A stretch of DNA of 64,000 nt from Eledone cirrhosa (taxonomy: Eukaryota), in contig OZ024743.1 of NCBI GenBank assembly GCA_964016885.1, positions 225,432,001 to 225,496,000 on the forward strand, given 5' to 3'. A program made the position numbers and the translations under genes. A model generated the notes under the pieces. It searched no databases. It was not told where the DNA came from and saw nothing but the letters and a program-made list of their open reading frames with translations. Numbering within the stretch: position 1 is the stretch's first letter; each line of letters begins with the position of its first letter. Positions 13,601 through 26,506 of this stretch are shown here, one piece after another.

Positions 13601-15648
13601 TGGTGGTGGTGGTGGTGGTAGTAGTTTTTGTGATGATGATGATGGTTGAGATGCTGCTGTTGGTGGTGGTGGTGGTGGTGGTGGTGGTAGTAGTTTTTGT
13701 GATGATGATGATGATGATGGTTGAGATGCTGCTGTTGGTGGTGGTGGTGGTGGTAGTAGTTTTTGTGATGATGATGATGGTTGAGATGCTGCTGTTGGTG
13801 GTGGTGGTGGTGGTAGTAGTTTTTGTGATGATGATGATGGTTGAGATGCTGCTGTTGGTGGTGGTGGTGGTGGTGGTGGTGGTGGTAGTAGTTTTTGTGA
13901 TGATCATGATGATGGTTGAGATGCTGCTGTTGGTGGTGGTGGTGGTGGTAGTAGTTTTTGTGATGATGATGATGTTTGAGATGCTGCTGTTGGTGGTGGT
14001 GGTGATGATGGTGGTGGTAGTAGTTTTTGTGATGATGATGATGATGATGGTTGAGATGCTGCTGTTGGTGGTGGTGGTGGTGGTAGTAGTTTTTGTGATG
14101 ATGATGATGGTTGAGATGCTGCTGTTGGTGGTGGTGGTGGTGGTGGTGGTGGTAGTAGTTTTTGTGATGATGATGATGATGATGGTTGAGATGCTGCTGT
14201 TGGTGGTGGTGGTGGTGGTAGTAGTTTTTGTGATGATGATGATGGTTGAGATGCTGCTGTTGGTGGTGGTGGTGGTGGTAGTAGTTTTTGTGATGATGAT
14301 GATGGTTGAGATGCTGCTGTTGGTGGTGGTGGTGGTGGTAGTAGTTTTTGTGATGATGATGATGGTTGAGATGCTGCTGTTGGTGGTGGTGGTGGTGGTA
14401 GTAGTTTTTGTGATGATGATGATGGTTGAGATGCTGCTGTTGGTGGTGGTGGTGGTGGTAGTAGTTTTTGTGATGATGATGATGGTTGAGATGCTGCTGT
14501 TGGTGGTGGTGGTGGTGGTAGTAGTTTTTGTGATGATGATGATGATGGTTGAGATGCTGCTGTTGGTGGTGGTGGTGATGATGGTGGTGGTAGTAGTTTT
14601 TGTGATGATGATGATGATGATGGTTGAGATGCTGCTGTTGGTGGTGGTGGTGGTGGTAGTAGTTTTTGTGATGATGATGATGGTTGAGATGCTGCTGTTG
14701 GTGGTGGTGGTGGTGGTAGTAGTTTTTGTGATGATGATGATGGTTGAGATGCTGCTGTTGGTGGTGGTGGTGGTGGTAGTAGTTTTTGTGATGATGATGA
14801 TGTTTGAGATGCTGCTGTTGGTGGTGGTGGTGGTGGTAGTAGTTTTTGTGATGATGATGATGTTTGAGATGCTGCTGTTGGTGGTGGTGGTGGTGGTAGT
14901 AGTTTTTGTGATGATGATGATGGTTGAGATGCTGCTGTTGGTGGTGGTGGTGGTGGTAGTAGTTTTTGTGATGATGATGATGGTTGAGATGCTGCTGTTG
15001 GTGGTGGTGGTGGTGGTAGTAGTTTTTGTGATGATGATGATGTTTGAGATGCTGCTGTTGGTGGTGGTGGTGGTGGTAGTAGTTTTTGTGATGATGATGA
15101 TGTTTGAGATGCTGCTGTTGGTGGTGGTGGTGGTGGTAGTAGTTTTTGTGATGATGATGATGTTTGAGATGCTGCTGTTGGTGGTGGTGGTGGTGGTAGT
15201 AGTTTTTGTGATGATGATGATGGTTGAGATGCTGCTGTTGGTGGTGGTGGTGGTGGTAGTAGTTTTTGTGATGATGATAATGGTTGAGATGCTGCTGTTG
15301 GTGGTGGTGGTGATGATGGTGGTGGTAGTAGTTTTTGTGATGATGATGATGGTTGAGATGCTGATGCTGCTGCTGGTGGTGGTGATGGTGGTGGTGGTAG
15401 TTTTTGTGATGATGATGATGGTTGAGATGCTGATGTTGCTGCTGGTGGTGGTGATGGTGGTGGTGGTAGTTTTTGTGATGATGATGATGGTTGAGATGCT
15501 GCTGTTGGTGGTGGTGGTGGTGGTAGTAGTTTTTGTGATGATGATGATGGTTGAGATGCTGCTGCTACTGCTGGTGGTGGTGGTAGTTTTTGTGATGATG
15601 ATGATGGTTGAGATGCTGCTGCTACTGCTGGTGGTGGTGGTGGTGGCA
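10605..15648. repeat. Composite trinucleotide minisatellite, modal unit about 60 bp: GTTGAGATGCTGCTGTT(GGT)nAGTAGTTTTTGT(GAT)n
   Basis: Seen directly. Unit length varies by triplet slippage, which explains the 1700-1800 aa pseudo-ORFs on both strands. Confidence 0.96.
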
Positions 15649-15864
15649 GTAAACTTCCTTTCAGCAAGTGATGTAGATGTGAATTTAAGGATGACAGAAG
15701 GATACGGAAAACAAAAGATAAAGAAGGATAGAAAGAATGAATAAGATAAAGAATGACAGTGTGTATAGATTAGTGTGTGTGTGTGTGTGTATGTATGTAT
15801 GTGTGTGTGAATGTGTGTCTGTATGTGTATGTGTTGATGTAGAGGAAAAATGAAATCATAGTTG

Positions 15865-15904
<40 letters not shown>

Positions 15905-15907
15905 GGG

Positions 15908-15969
<62 letters not shown>

Positions 15970-16338
15970 AGAAAGAAAGAGAGAAGAGAGGAGGAAATTA
16001 TATGATTCATGAGAAGACTAACAGGAGAGAATAAGCAGCAGCAGCAGCAGTATGATGGTGGTAGTTGATTGTAATAGTAGTAGTAGTAGTAGTAGTGTTG
16101 GTGATATGTTCATTCATGATTCTCACTACAACAACATAAAGGTCAGTTAAAGGAAGGTTTTCAATAGAAAATCATGAATGATTGGTGATCAGATTGGTGA
16201 GGGGTTTATTCTCAGCCCAATGGGTGAGTGTTGGGGGTGTGTGTTAATTAAACACTTTTTATTCCCCACTGCACATCTGTATGTGTGTGTATTAATATAT
16301 GTGCCAATATATGTGATTATATAAATAGACAGTGAGTG

Positions 16339-16382
<44 letters not shown>

Positions 16383-16387
<5 letters not shown>

Positions 16388-16493
16388 AGAAAGTATGACC
16401 CCGACGGCAGAGCTCAAGCCGTTTCGACGGCTAGTCCAGAAATAGCTGTTGAAACGGCTTGAGCTCTGCCGTCGGGGTCATACTTTCTCCTAT
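16383..16493. repeat. Inverted repeat with 51-bp arms and a 9-nt loop, next to (TA)n
   Basis: ataggagaaagtatgaccccgacggcagagctcaagccgtttcgacggcta-gtccagaaa-tagctgttgaaacggcttgagctctgccgtcggggtcatactttctcctat. Confidence 0.92.
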
Positions 16494-16570
16494 TACCCAC
16501 TCTACTACCCTAAGTATTGTGTACTCTGGTGCGTTATGGTCCATCTGGTTCCTTACCACAACTCCTTCGT

Positions 16571-16603
<33 letters not shown>

Positions 16604-16656
16604 GTGTGTGGAACACGGACGTTAAACGATGAATGATGATGATGATGATGATGATG

Positions 16657-16694
<38 letters not shown>

Positions 16695-16704
16695 TTATAT
16701 AAGT

Positions 16705-16739
<35 letters not shown>

Positions 16740-17277
16740 TATATCTATGTGTGTGTGTGTGTGTGCATGGAGAGAGAGAGGGGGAGGGAGAAGAAGAGAG
16801 GGATACAGAGAAAGATTGTATGTATGTATGTTTGCATATATGTATGCGTACAGTTATATAAAAAGACAGAGAGATGTAGATATATGCCGAACTAGAATCT
16901 ATGCGCGAGATGTGGTCATACGACCTGAGTGGTCTAGGTACAGGCTGACCTGCCTAACCCATGCCAGCATGGAAAACAGACATAAAACTGTGATGATGGA
17001 GATGCTAAATAGAGAGAGAGATAAGTGCAGAGAAAGCAAAAAGTTGGATACACACTCTCATGTATGTATGTATATAAGTGAGTATGTATGTATGTATGCG
17101 TGCATGCATGAATGTAGGTAAGTGTGTTTGTATGTATGTGTACTAAATGGTCCCCCCTCCCCGGTATGGACTAGGATTAATGGGAAAATATTTTGGCTTT
17201 TTCAAATTCTCCCTTCAACCCAAATGATAAATGTAACAGTAAACCTTAATATATACCCTTCTCTCTCTCTCTCTCTG

Positions 17278-17335
<58 letters not shown>

Positions 17336-17554
17336 CGTGTGTGTGTGCGCGCGCGTGTGTGCGCGCGCGTGTGTGCGTGCGTGTGTGTATCCCAGGTTCA
17401 ATCAGGGGTAACCACAGTAAGTTATCCAATACATGGAGTATATACAGCGATTAATATAGAAAAGGTTTCTACAAGAATAAAACTGTTTCATTGATTTGAA
17501 ATCATCACATATATACATACTCACATATATATATATATATTGAGTTCTTCATAC

Positions 17555-17736
17555 GGATTGGACACTACCGTATATTTTGGTAAACGACGCCATGCTTTGC
17601 AGCATAGTTACGTCCCTTTACGATCTGAGTTCAAATCCCGCCGAGGTTGACTTTGCCTTTCATTCTTACGGGGTCGATAAAATAAAGTACCAGTAATGCA
17701 CTGGGTAATTGCTGGCCTTGTGCCTAAAGTAGAAAC

Positions 17737-17742
<6 letters not shown>
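17555..17742 (+). mobile_element. tRNA-derived SINE with a Meta-like central domain (second SINE family)
   Basis: gagttcaaatcccgccgaggttgactttgcctttcat..ttacggggtcgataaaataaagtaccag...gtagaaacaatta. Other copies at 18467(-), 31770(-), 38838(+), 39330(+) and 42446(-). Confidence 0.85.
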
Positions 17743-17771
<29 letters not shown>

Positions 17772-17799
17772 TTTCTCTCTCTCCCTCTTATATAAATAT

Positions 17800-18056
17800 A
17801 GCTGTAGAAATGAGATGATAGGGACTGGGGTCCATATCATTCCACTGTAGAGTGGTCATGGAGGCGCCACGGCAAAAAAAAAAGCACCCAGCCCACACTG
17901 TAAAGTGGATGTGTAGGCGCTACGGAAAAAGAGCACCCAGCACTCACTGTAAATGAGGTGAGTGTTAGGAAGGGCATCCAGCTGTAGAAATCAAGCCAGA
18001 ATCAGTTCCCGTCCCTCCCTTGCAAGCAGGGAAAAGCGGATGTAAAAATGAAATGA
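17800..18056 (+). mobile_element. 5'-truncated copy of the 4765 SINE
   Basis: Near-identical to 4892-5140. Confidence 0.85.
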
Positions 18057-18466
18057 AAAAAAAATATATATATATACATGGAGAGAGAGAGAAATGATAT
18101 ACCATATATACTTATGTATATAATCCCCATCACCATTTTACAGTCAATATTTGCATGGCATTGGGTATTTCGAGGCTCCAGCAGAGAAGATGTATGTTAG
18201 TTGGATTTTTGTGAAAATAATTGCAACTATATACATATATAAATATAGATATGCTTATACATATGCACACACATATATGTGCATGAAAGAATATATATCG
18301 GTGTATGTGTATATATATATATATAATCATCACTTTTATGTCCGCTTTATATATAAATATATTTATCATTTTATGTTCACTTTATATATATATTTATATA
18401 TTCAGGATTGCAAGGCAGTGTAATAGGGAAAATTGTGATGTTGATGGAGAGAAGTATGTCTGAGAT

Positions 18467-18652
18467 AATAATTGTTTCTACTTTTGGCACAAGGGCAGCA
18501 ATTATCCCAGTGCATTACTGGTACTTTATTTTATCGACCCCATAAGGATGAAAGGCAAAGTTAACTTTGGCGGAATTTGAACTCAGATCATAAAGGGCTG
18601 TAACTCTTTGCTGCAAAGCATGGTGTCAGACCCTCTACTGATACTGCCAATC
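18467..18652 (-). mobile_element. Meta-like SINE copy
   Basis: Reverse complement of 17555-17742. Confidence 0.85.
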
Positions 18653-18654
18653 TA

Positions 18655-19455
18655 TAATAATGGTATACTTGCCCTCACTGACACTGAAAAGAAGGTAGCA
18701 TGGAAGTGCCACTATGAAAGATTACTGAATGACGAGAATGCATGAGAAGATAGTTTGCCCCAAGTAAACCCAACAGAGGGACTAGCTGTACTTAAGGCAA
18801 TCAAGGATATGCAGACAGGCAAAGCAGCTGGACCATCAGAGATTGTTGCTGAGATGCTGAAGGCATCTGGGATAGTGACTTTTGTCTTAACCACCTGTAT
18901 TGTAAACCAAGTAAAACAAATTGGGGTCATACCCAATGACTGGCATAGCAGCAGCACCGTCATATGCTACAGGGTCAAAGGGGAAGCTCTAGACAGAAAA
19001 CACTATAGAAATATCAAGTTGATTGACCAAGTCATGAAGGGCACAGAAAGAGTTATAACACAGCTAGCTGATCAGTGTCCGAGTTAAACAAGATGAGATG
19101 CAGTTGAATTTGTGCCAGGTAAAAGTACCACTGATGCTCTCTTCTTCATGAGGCAACTGCAGGAGAAGTACCTAGTTAACAGTAAACCCCTCTATTTGGT
19201 ATTTGTTCATCTTTTTGACAAGGCCTGTTCCATTATCTGGTGGGCTCTTAGAAAACTATGAGTAGAGGTGTGGCTTGTGAGAGCAGTAAAAGCCATGTAT
19301 AGAAGAACAGACAGCAAGGTTAAAATGTATAACAACTATAGTGAAGAATTTAGCATGCAAGTAGGAGTCCATCATGACTGTTCTTAACCATCTTCTGTTT
19401 ATAATTGTCATGCAGGTTATAACAGAAGAGTTTAAGCTTTGTATCCAGATGATCT
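18655..19455 (+). pseudogene. Degenerate RTE reverse-transcriptase fragment
   Basis: KAIKDMQTGKAAGPSEIVAEMLKASG...YRNIKLIDQVMK; homologous to 24400-25220, with stops and deletions. Confidence 0.88.
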
Positions 19456-20532
19456 AAGTAGGAGGATTCGATATAATTTGATTGAAAGAGTCAAATATTA
19501 ATGATCCTAGACCGATTATGTAACACATACAGAGAAACACATGTCTGTGTTATGCAATAAATTGTTGTCACTCTTCTGGAACTTGTGTTTTAAATAATAA
19601 TTTTTGTAAATTTCTACATATATCTATGTATATATATATATATATATATACACACACATTAAAAACAACAAAAGACCGAACTGGAAACTTTCTTCACAAT
19701 TAGTGTTGTTTTCTCAAGGCTCTTGTAGCCTAGAGGAAACAAAAAATTTCAGCTCAGATCATATCAATGAACCAAAACAACAGTAGTAAGCTTTATTTCA
19801 TCTTTATGTTTTTTTTTGTTTTTCCTATTCAAATTCTAGCTGTCTGACGAGGTCTTAACTGTTGTATAATGGTTATCACCAAAATATATTTAACAGGGGC
19901 TATGAATAAACAAAGTTAATTTAAATTTTAACCTGTTGACTGTTACTTGTTGCTTTATAAATATACTCCAGAGTAAACATATCTACCTGCATACTTCATC
20001 GAGTGTTCTACTCTGCAGTGTCAGTGATTAACTAACAAACACATACTCGAATTAATATATATATATAAATATATACACACACACAGAGTGTCTGAAATGT
20101 TAAGACACTTTTTTTGCTATTTCAAACGCTAAATTAATATATTTCTTCAATGTACTGTCGTTTGCTTTGTTATATCTGTTTACCTTTTACATATATAAAT
20201 ACATACATATATATGACATGTATGTATATATCTATATAACAAACATATATATACACACACAAATACAGGCCTATATATTGAATCCAGTATATTTGCATAT
20301 GTACACAATCATATACATATATGCAAACATCATTTGCAACTGGACATAAAATATAGGGGCCATAACACTTATTCAAGGGGGTTTTCTTCTGTGAAGACCT
20401 TCTGCTGTCCAGCTCTCCTTAATATTTCTTACCACTATATATATATACATGTAATCATCCTCATCATCATCATCATTACTGTTTAATATCTATTTTCCAT
20501 GCTTGCATGGGTTAGATTGGTTGTTGCATTAA

Positions 20533-20753
20533 CCCTATAGCATTTAAACCGGCCATATCCGGCCAGACTTCTCTCACCTTTTTCTGTTCAAACCAGCTGT
20601 AACCATCTACTCATACTGATGTTAAGGTATTGTTATCAAAATAAATGATATCAAAAACTCATAGATAAAATATTATGTGAGATAATTATGTGAGGTAAAG
20701 CCTTTATCGTGAAAATACAATAGTAAATATAGAGTAATGTAAATGCTAAAGGG
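20533..20753. mobile_element. piggyBac-type MITE
   Basis: TTAA target duplications (20529-20532, 20754-20757) and TIRs ccctatagcattta / taaatgctaaaggg. Inserted into an RTE-tail element (about 20455-20855, minus strand). Confidence 0.85.
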
Positions 20754-21105
20754 TTAAGAGACAATTCAGGTCAGTAGACCATGTCTGGTTCATACAGATC
20801 TGTATTTTGCTTGACTTATACATCCAGATGCCCTTCCTAATACCAACCACATTAGCATATATATATATATATTTAATCAAATAATTTCTGTTTTCACTCT
20901 ATGTGGGATCATCTAAAATTACTATTATATATCATCATCACTGTTTAACGTCTATCTTCCATGCTAGCATGGGTTAGACAGAAGTTGTCTCACTTGAGGC
21001 AAGATTGGTCAGGTGACCGTATCTTGCTCGTATAGGACTATCTGGCAGGTTTTCTATGGCTGGATGCTCTTCCTAACACCAACCACATTCCCAGAAGACC
21101 ACATA

Positions 21106-21273
21106 TATAATGAAATTCCATTATAACAGAGTATAAATAAAATTTGTTGTAACAAAAAATTCTTTATAATGAGATCGACCTAACACATCGAGCATGTAGC
21201 CGGGAATTGAAAAAAATTTTGTTATACTGAAAAATTTGTTATAATGGTATTCATTATAATGGAATTTTACCTG
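21106..21273. mobile_element. pogo/Tigger-like MITE
   Basis: TIRs aaattccattataa / ttataatggaattt, right end ...ctg followed by TA, internal ttgttataa-like repeats. Confidence 0.65.
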
Positions 21274-21376
21274 TATATATATCATCTTCTTCCCCTACAT
21301 TTTCCTGAGAGAATGGTCGTGGCAGAGTCCTCAGTCAAACCTTCCAGAGAGCCCTGCCAGCAACAAGAGTCACTTC

Positions 21377-21407
<31 letters not shown>

Positions 21408-21422
21408 AAATATATATATATA

Positions 21423-21834
21423 ACAAAGTGAAACCTACTACAATGTGAAACCTACTACAGTCAGTAGGCACCTCTAACAAAATACCCCCCCCCCCTCACC
21501 CACTACCCCCCCCCCCCCCCATCCACACCACCCCTTTCAATGTAAAGTTATGTTGGTACCACAACATCCAGCCCGAAACAAATGAGGTTGTGTAGGTGTC
21601 ACGACAAAAAAACAACAGTCCACGCTGTAATGTGGCCATGTAGGTAACATGGTAAAAACCTCCCAGTTCCACACTGTAAATGTGGTTGGTGTTAGGAAGG
21701 GCATCCAGACGTAGAAAACCCGCCAGACAGTCCTATGCGAGCAAGACAACCACTCTTGCCTCAAGTGGGAAAACTCCCGTCCAAACCCATGCAAGCGTGG
21801 AATATGGACGTTAAACGATGATGATGATGATGAT
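21423..21834 (+). mobile_element. RTE LINE 3' UTR fragment ending in (GAT)n
   Basis: Near-identical to 27535-27910 and to the reverse complement of 23065-23430. Confidence 0.88.
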
Positions 21835-21856
21835 ACATTAATATATATATATATAT

Positions 21857-22105
21857 TATAGGAGGGAGATTAAAGGAACACTGGTGAGAACTTAAGGAGG
21901 AGAAAAATTCATCAGTGATATACCAGCATGCCAAACTAGAACACACGGGCTCAATAGTTAACATAGAAATAAAGACCCTATCCACACATAAAACTGATGC
22001 AACACTCAGACAAATTATGGAAGCTACACACATAATAGAAGATAGACCTAGCCTGAACAGAAAACACAAGTGGAATATTAACAGCACACAACTTAACGAC
22101 TGAAG
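21857..22105 (+). mobile_element. Penelope-like element, GIY-YIG endonuclease C-terminal fragment
   Basis: IGGRLKEHW*ELKEEKNSSVIYQHAKLEH...LRQIMEATHIIEDRPSLNRK shows the R..EH, H, E and LN motifs of PLE GIY-YIG domains. Flanked by (TA)n. Confidence 0.75.
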
Positions 22106-22448
22106 ACAGAATAGCAAAAAAAAGACACAAACAATAAAACAACAAACGAAACAAACCCACACACACACTTAAAACACAGACATGACAAACACATACACAG
22201 AAACAAACATGCAGGCACAAATAGAAGTGCAGACGCGAAACATGAAAAATGCACCACAAAACAAAGACAAGATGGAGTAGAAGTTTAAGGCCAGAAAAAA
22301 GAGGAGACACAAAACAGGCAGCCATTGAAAAGGTCACAGAATGTGTGATGAAAGAACTTGGATAAATGAATGAATAACAAACAATAAAGTAAAATTAATT
22401 GGTGTGTGTGTGTTTCTTGCTATTGGCAACATAACAATCCCTAAATAT

Positions 22449-22513
<65 letters not shown>

Positions 22514-22529
22514 CACACACATACATATT

Positions 22530-22686
22530 CCGTATTTCCTGGCTATTTTTTTTCTAAAATAAGTTTTTAAAAATCTACCATGCATCCTGGAGGCCAAAGG
22601 TTGTTTGTTAATTTTTTCAAATTTTTGGTTGTCAAAATTAGGGTGTGTCCTCGAGGACGAAGCGACTTTGGCACCGGGAAATACGG
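22530..22686. mobile_element. Tc/mariner-superfamily (pogo/Tc2-like) MITE
   Basis: TIRs ccgtatttcctgg / ccgggaaatacgg, followed by TA. Confidence 0.7.
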
Positions 22687-22759
22687 TATATATATATATA
22701 TATATATATACATACATATATACACATATATCTACATATACACACACACACATATATAT

Positions 22760-22792
<33 letters not shown>

Positions 22793-22829
22793 CACATATA
22801 CACACAAACACATATACACACACACACAA

Positions 22830-22860
<31 letters not shown>

Positions 22861-23064
22861 AAACCCATGCTAGCATGGGAAAGTAAACATTAATTGGTGA
22901 TGATGATAATCATGATGTATATGTAGAAAATATCCATAGCTGTGAAAAATGAAAATAGTGCTCAATCGGAAAGAGAGCGGCTATATACCATCATCATCAT
23001 CGTTTAATATCCATTATATATATATATAGAGAGAGAGAGCAAGAAATGGAAATATATATATATA

Positions 23065-25458
23065 TCATCACCATCATCATCATCATCATCATCATCGTTT
23101 AACGTCCATGTTCCACGCTTGCATGGGTTTGGACGGGAGTTTTCCCACTTGAGGCAAGAGTGGTTGTCTTGCTCGCATAGGACTGTCTGGCGGGTTTTCT
23201 ACAGCTGGATGCCCTTCCTAACACCAACCACATTTACAGTGTGGGACTGGGAGGTTTTTACCGTGTTGCCTACACGGCCACATTACAGCATGGACTGTGT
23301 GTTTTTTTGTTGTGACACCTACACGATCTCATTTGTTTCGGTCTGGATGTTGTGGCACCAACATAACTTTACATTAAAAGGGGCGGTGTTAGAGATGCCT
23401 ACTGACTGTAGTAGGTTTTACTTTGTATTTAGGTAAGGCGGGTCTTCTCTATTACTGAGTACCACCAAAGATCTCGGTCCAGTGACATTGTCTTCGAGAG
23501 GTGCTAGTGTGTGAGGTTGGAATTTATCGGGTTGTCCCAGGTTTTTCTGGGTCTGCCTACTCCGTGGCTACCGTCTATCTTTATTGCCCTGCACTTTTTT
23601 ATACAGCTGTCGTCTTTCATGCACATCACGTGACCATACCAACGTAGCCTTCTCTCGAGTAAACAACATCTGATCCCTCTTATTTCTAATTTTTTCCTTA
23701 GATCGTTTATGCTTTGCCGTTCGCGTATATTACTATTACACATCCAGCGGAGCATGCAAGCTTCGTTCCTCTCTAGTCTGCGTATATCCTCTGCACACAA
23801 TGCCCAGGTCTCACTGCCATGCAACATTGCTGTTCGTATGCAGGCATCATACAGCCTGCCTTTCATTTTTAGGGAGAACCTTTTAGCGGCTAATAGTGGT
23901 ATAAGCTCTCTGAACTTTTTCCATCCAGTTCTGACTCTAGCTACTGTACTTTCAGAGCACCCTCCCCCACTGCTGATTTTGTCATCCAGGTAATGGAAGC
24001 TGTCCACTATTTCTATAGAATCCGCTGCGCAATTGAAAGAGCTAGTATTTTGTTGGCACTTGCTGCTACTTATTGCACCAGAGCACCGGCCACATGTAAA
24101 ATCTGTGTTCTTAGTTAGCTTACCTGTGATCCCACTACATCTTTTATGCACCCATATTTTGCATTTGGGACATAAAATGGAGTTTCTACCTACGCCTTTC
24201 CTACACACTGAGCATGGCCATTTCCCGGAAGGGACCGGCGCCCTATTTTCTTTCCTACAAACTAGAACTTTAGTCTTAGCCAGGTTAATTTTAAGGCCTT
24301 TTGATTCTAGGCCGTGCTTCCATGTTTGGAATTTCTTCTCTAGCTCGGCCATTGATTCAGCTATGAGCGTTAGATCATCTGCATATAGGAGTTCCCATGG
24401 GCAGCCGGTTTTGAACTCCACTGTTATAGCCTGAAGGGCAATAATAAATAGTAGGGGACTAAGAACAGAGCCCTGATGAACACCAACTTTTACGCTAAAC
24501 TCTTCACTATATTCGTGACTATATTCACTATATGCTGACTGTTTCTTTATACATGGCTTGTATAGCTCTCACAAGCCATTCATCAACACCTAGTTTTCTA
24601 AGAGCCCACCAGATAATGGAACGGGGAACTCTGTCGAAGGCTTTCTCCAAGTCGACAAAAGCTAAGTATAGGGGTTTACTTTTAGCTAGGTACTTCTCCT
24701 GTAGGTGTCGTACAATGAAAAGAGCGTCTGTGGTACTTTTGCCTGATACAAACCCGAACTGCATTTCATCTAGATCAATTCTCTCTCTGATTAGTTGCGC
24801 TATTACTTTTTCCGTGACCTTCATGACCTGGTCGATTAATTTAATGCCTCTATAGCTACTCCTATCTAGGGCATCTCCTTTACCCTTGTAGCAGTTAATG
24901 ATGATGCTGCTACGCCAGTGCTTCGGAACAACCCCATTCTGTATGACTTGGTTTACTATCCGGATGACCATGGTGTGTCCTACCGTTCCAGAAGCTTTCA
25001 GCATCTCAACAACTATTTCCGAAGGCCCAGCCGCCTTACCCGTCTTCATATCTTTGATTGCCTTACTTATTATACTACCTTCGACTAACACTGCTGGTCC
25101 CTCTATTGGGTCGATGTGGGGGAGACTGTCTTTCTCCCATTTATTCTCCTCATTTAGTAGCCTTTCATAGTGACACTTCCAAGCTACCTTCTTATCAGCG
25201 TCAGTGATGGCAAGTACGCCATCATCATTAAGTACACACTTCTCCCCGACAATATCACGGTTTTCCTTGACACATTGCCTAGCAATCCTGAACACCTCAC
25301 GTTTTTGGTCCTCGCATTGTAGAACATGCTTGAACTTTCTCTCCTCTACTTCCCTTCTTGCGAAGTACACTTGTCTCCTAGCTTCCCTCCTGGCCACTTG
25401 ATAGTCTTCTCTACTTCCCCCATCCCGCCATACTTTCCAAGCCTGCTTTTTGGCCTTA
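23065..25458 (-). mobile_element. 5'-truncated RTE LINE: RT, Cys-rich insert, 3' UTR and (GAT)n tail; disrupted at about 24528
   Basis: ORFs 24528-25397 (YRGIKL, QFGF, FVDLEKAFDRV) and 23504-24421 (LLYADDL, LHGSETW, RLRWYGHV, GRPRKTW), with GVHQGSVLSP between them. Confidence 0.95.
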
Positions 25459-25485
25459 AATATATATATATATATATATATATAT

Positions 25486-25827
25486 TCCCTGAAGGATCAC
25501 AAATCCAATTTCCCCAACAACCCCTCTATTCGGCTTATTAACCCTACGAAGTCTGATTTAGGTAGACTTAGTAAAAGAATTTTAGATAGAATTATACCTG
25601 AAATTAGAAGTTCGGCCCCTCTTGCACTGTGGAATAATTCTTTTGCGGTGATTGATTGGTTCAACGGCATATGCAATAAGGAACATTGCCGTTTTATCTT
25701 ATTCGACATCAATAATTACTACTCCTCCATCACTTTACCACTTCTTCTTAGAGCTATCAATTTCGCTAAAACGCTCACGGTGGTTAAGGATTTCGAAGTT
25801 GATGTCATCCTCAATTCCCGTAAGTCG

Positions 25828-25830
<3 letters not shown>
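25486..25830 (+). mobile_element. Penelope-like element reverse-transcriptase fragment
   Basis: LKDHKSNFPNNPSIRLINPTKSDLGRLSK...FILFDINNYYSSI matches the PLE RT motif 1-2-A pattern (KDHK..RLINP..FDI..Y.SI). Bounded by (TA)n on both sides. Confidence 0.78.
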
Positions 25831-25862
<32 letters not shown>

Positions 25863-25910
25863 TTCCATTTCTTCCTCTACTTTCACCTATCCTTCTATAT
25901 ATAATTCTCT

Positions 25911-25945
25911 TTTCTGATGAACAACTAAAGCCTGAAACATTAAGA
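25911..25945 (+). ncRNA. Degenerate minimal hammerhead-ribozyme motif (PLE pLTR type)
   Basis: ttt-CTGATGA-acaactaaagcct-GAAAC-at-TA-aga. Stem II has decayed. A related copy lies at 36685-36720 (-). Confidence 0.5.
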
Positions 25946-26065
25946 TTCTTTTCCTACTACAACAACCACTATATCATTGTTAAACTGTATTGTTTTCCTG
26001 TTTCATTTTCACTTGTTGACGTTTTGTATACATATATATGCATGTGTGTTGTGTTGTGTTAATGT

Positions 26066-26394
26066 ATCATCATCATCATCATCATTTTACGTCCACTTTT
26101 CCCTGCTTGCAAGGGTGGGACGGGAACTGATTCTGGCTTGATTTCTACAGCTGGATGCCCTTCCTAACACCAACCTCATTTACAGTGAATGCTGGGTGCT
26201 TTTTTGCCGTGGCACCTCCACGACCACTTTGCAGTGGAATGATTTCTACATCTCATTTCTACAGCTGAGTAAACTGGAGCAATGTGAAATAAAGTGTCTT
26301 GCTCAAGGAAACAACACATCAGCCGGTCTGAAGATTGAACTCACAACCTTTCGATTGCAAGACCAATGCTCTAACCACTAAGCCATGTGCCTTC
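26066..26394 (-). mobile_element. SINE of the 4765 family, internally deleted
   Basis: Reverse-complement similarity to 4765-5150. Confidence 0.85.
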
Positions 26395-26451
26395 ATATGT
26401 ATGTATTTAACTAGATGTATTCTATATATATGTATATACACACACACACAC

Positions 26452-26497
<46 letters not shown>

Positions 26498-26506
26498 TAT
26501 ACATAG

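Noticed and set aside
10521-16010. 1829-aa Thr/Ile/Ser mucin-like ORF, plus the 1710-aa and 587-aa overlapping ORFs
   Set aside because: Triplet-slippage minisatellite that is almost stop-free by composition; the ORF start runs through (CT)n and (CA)n tracts.
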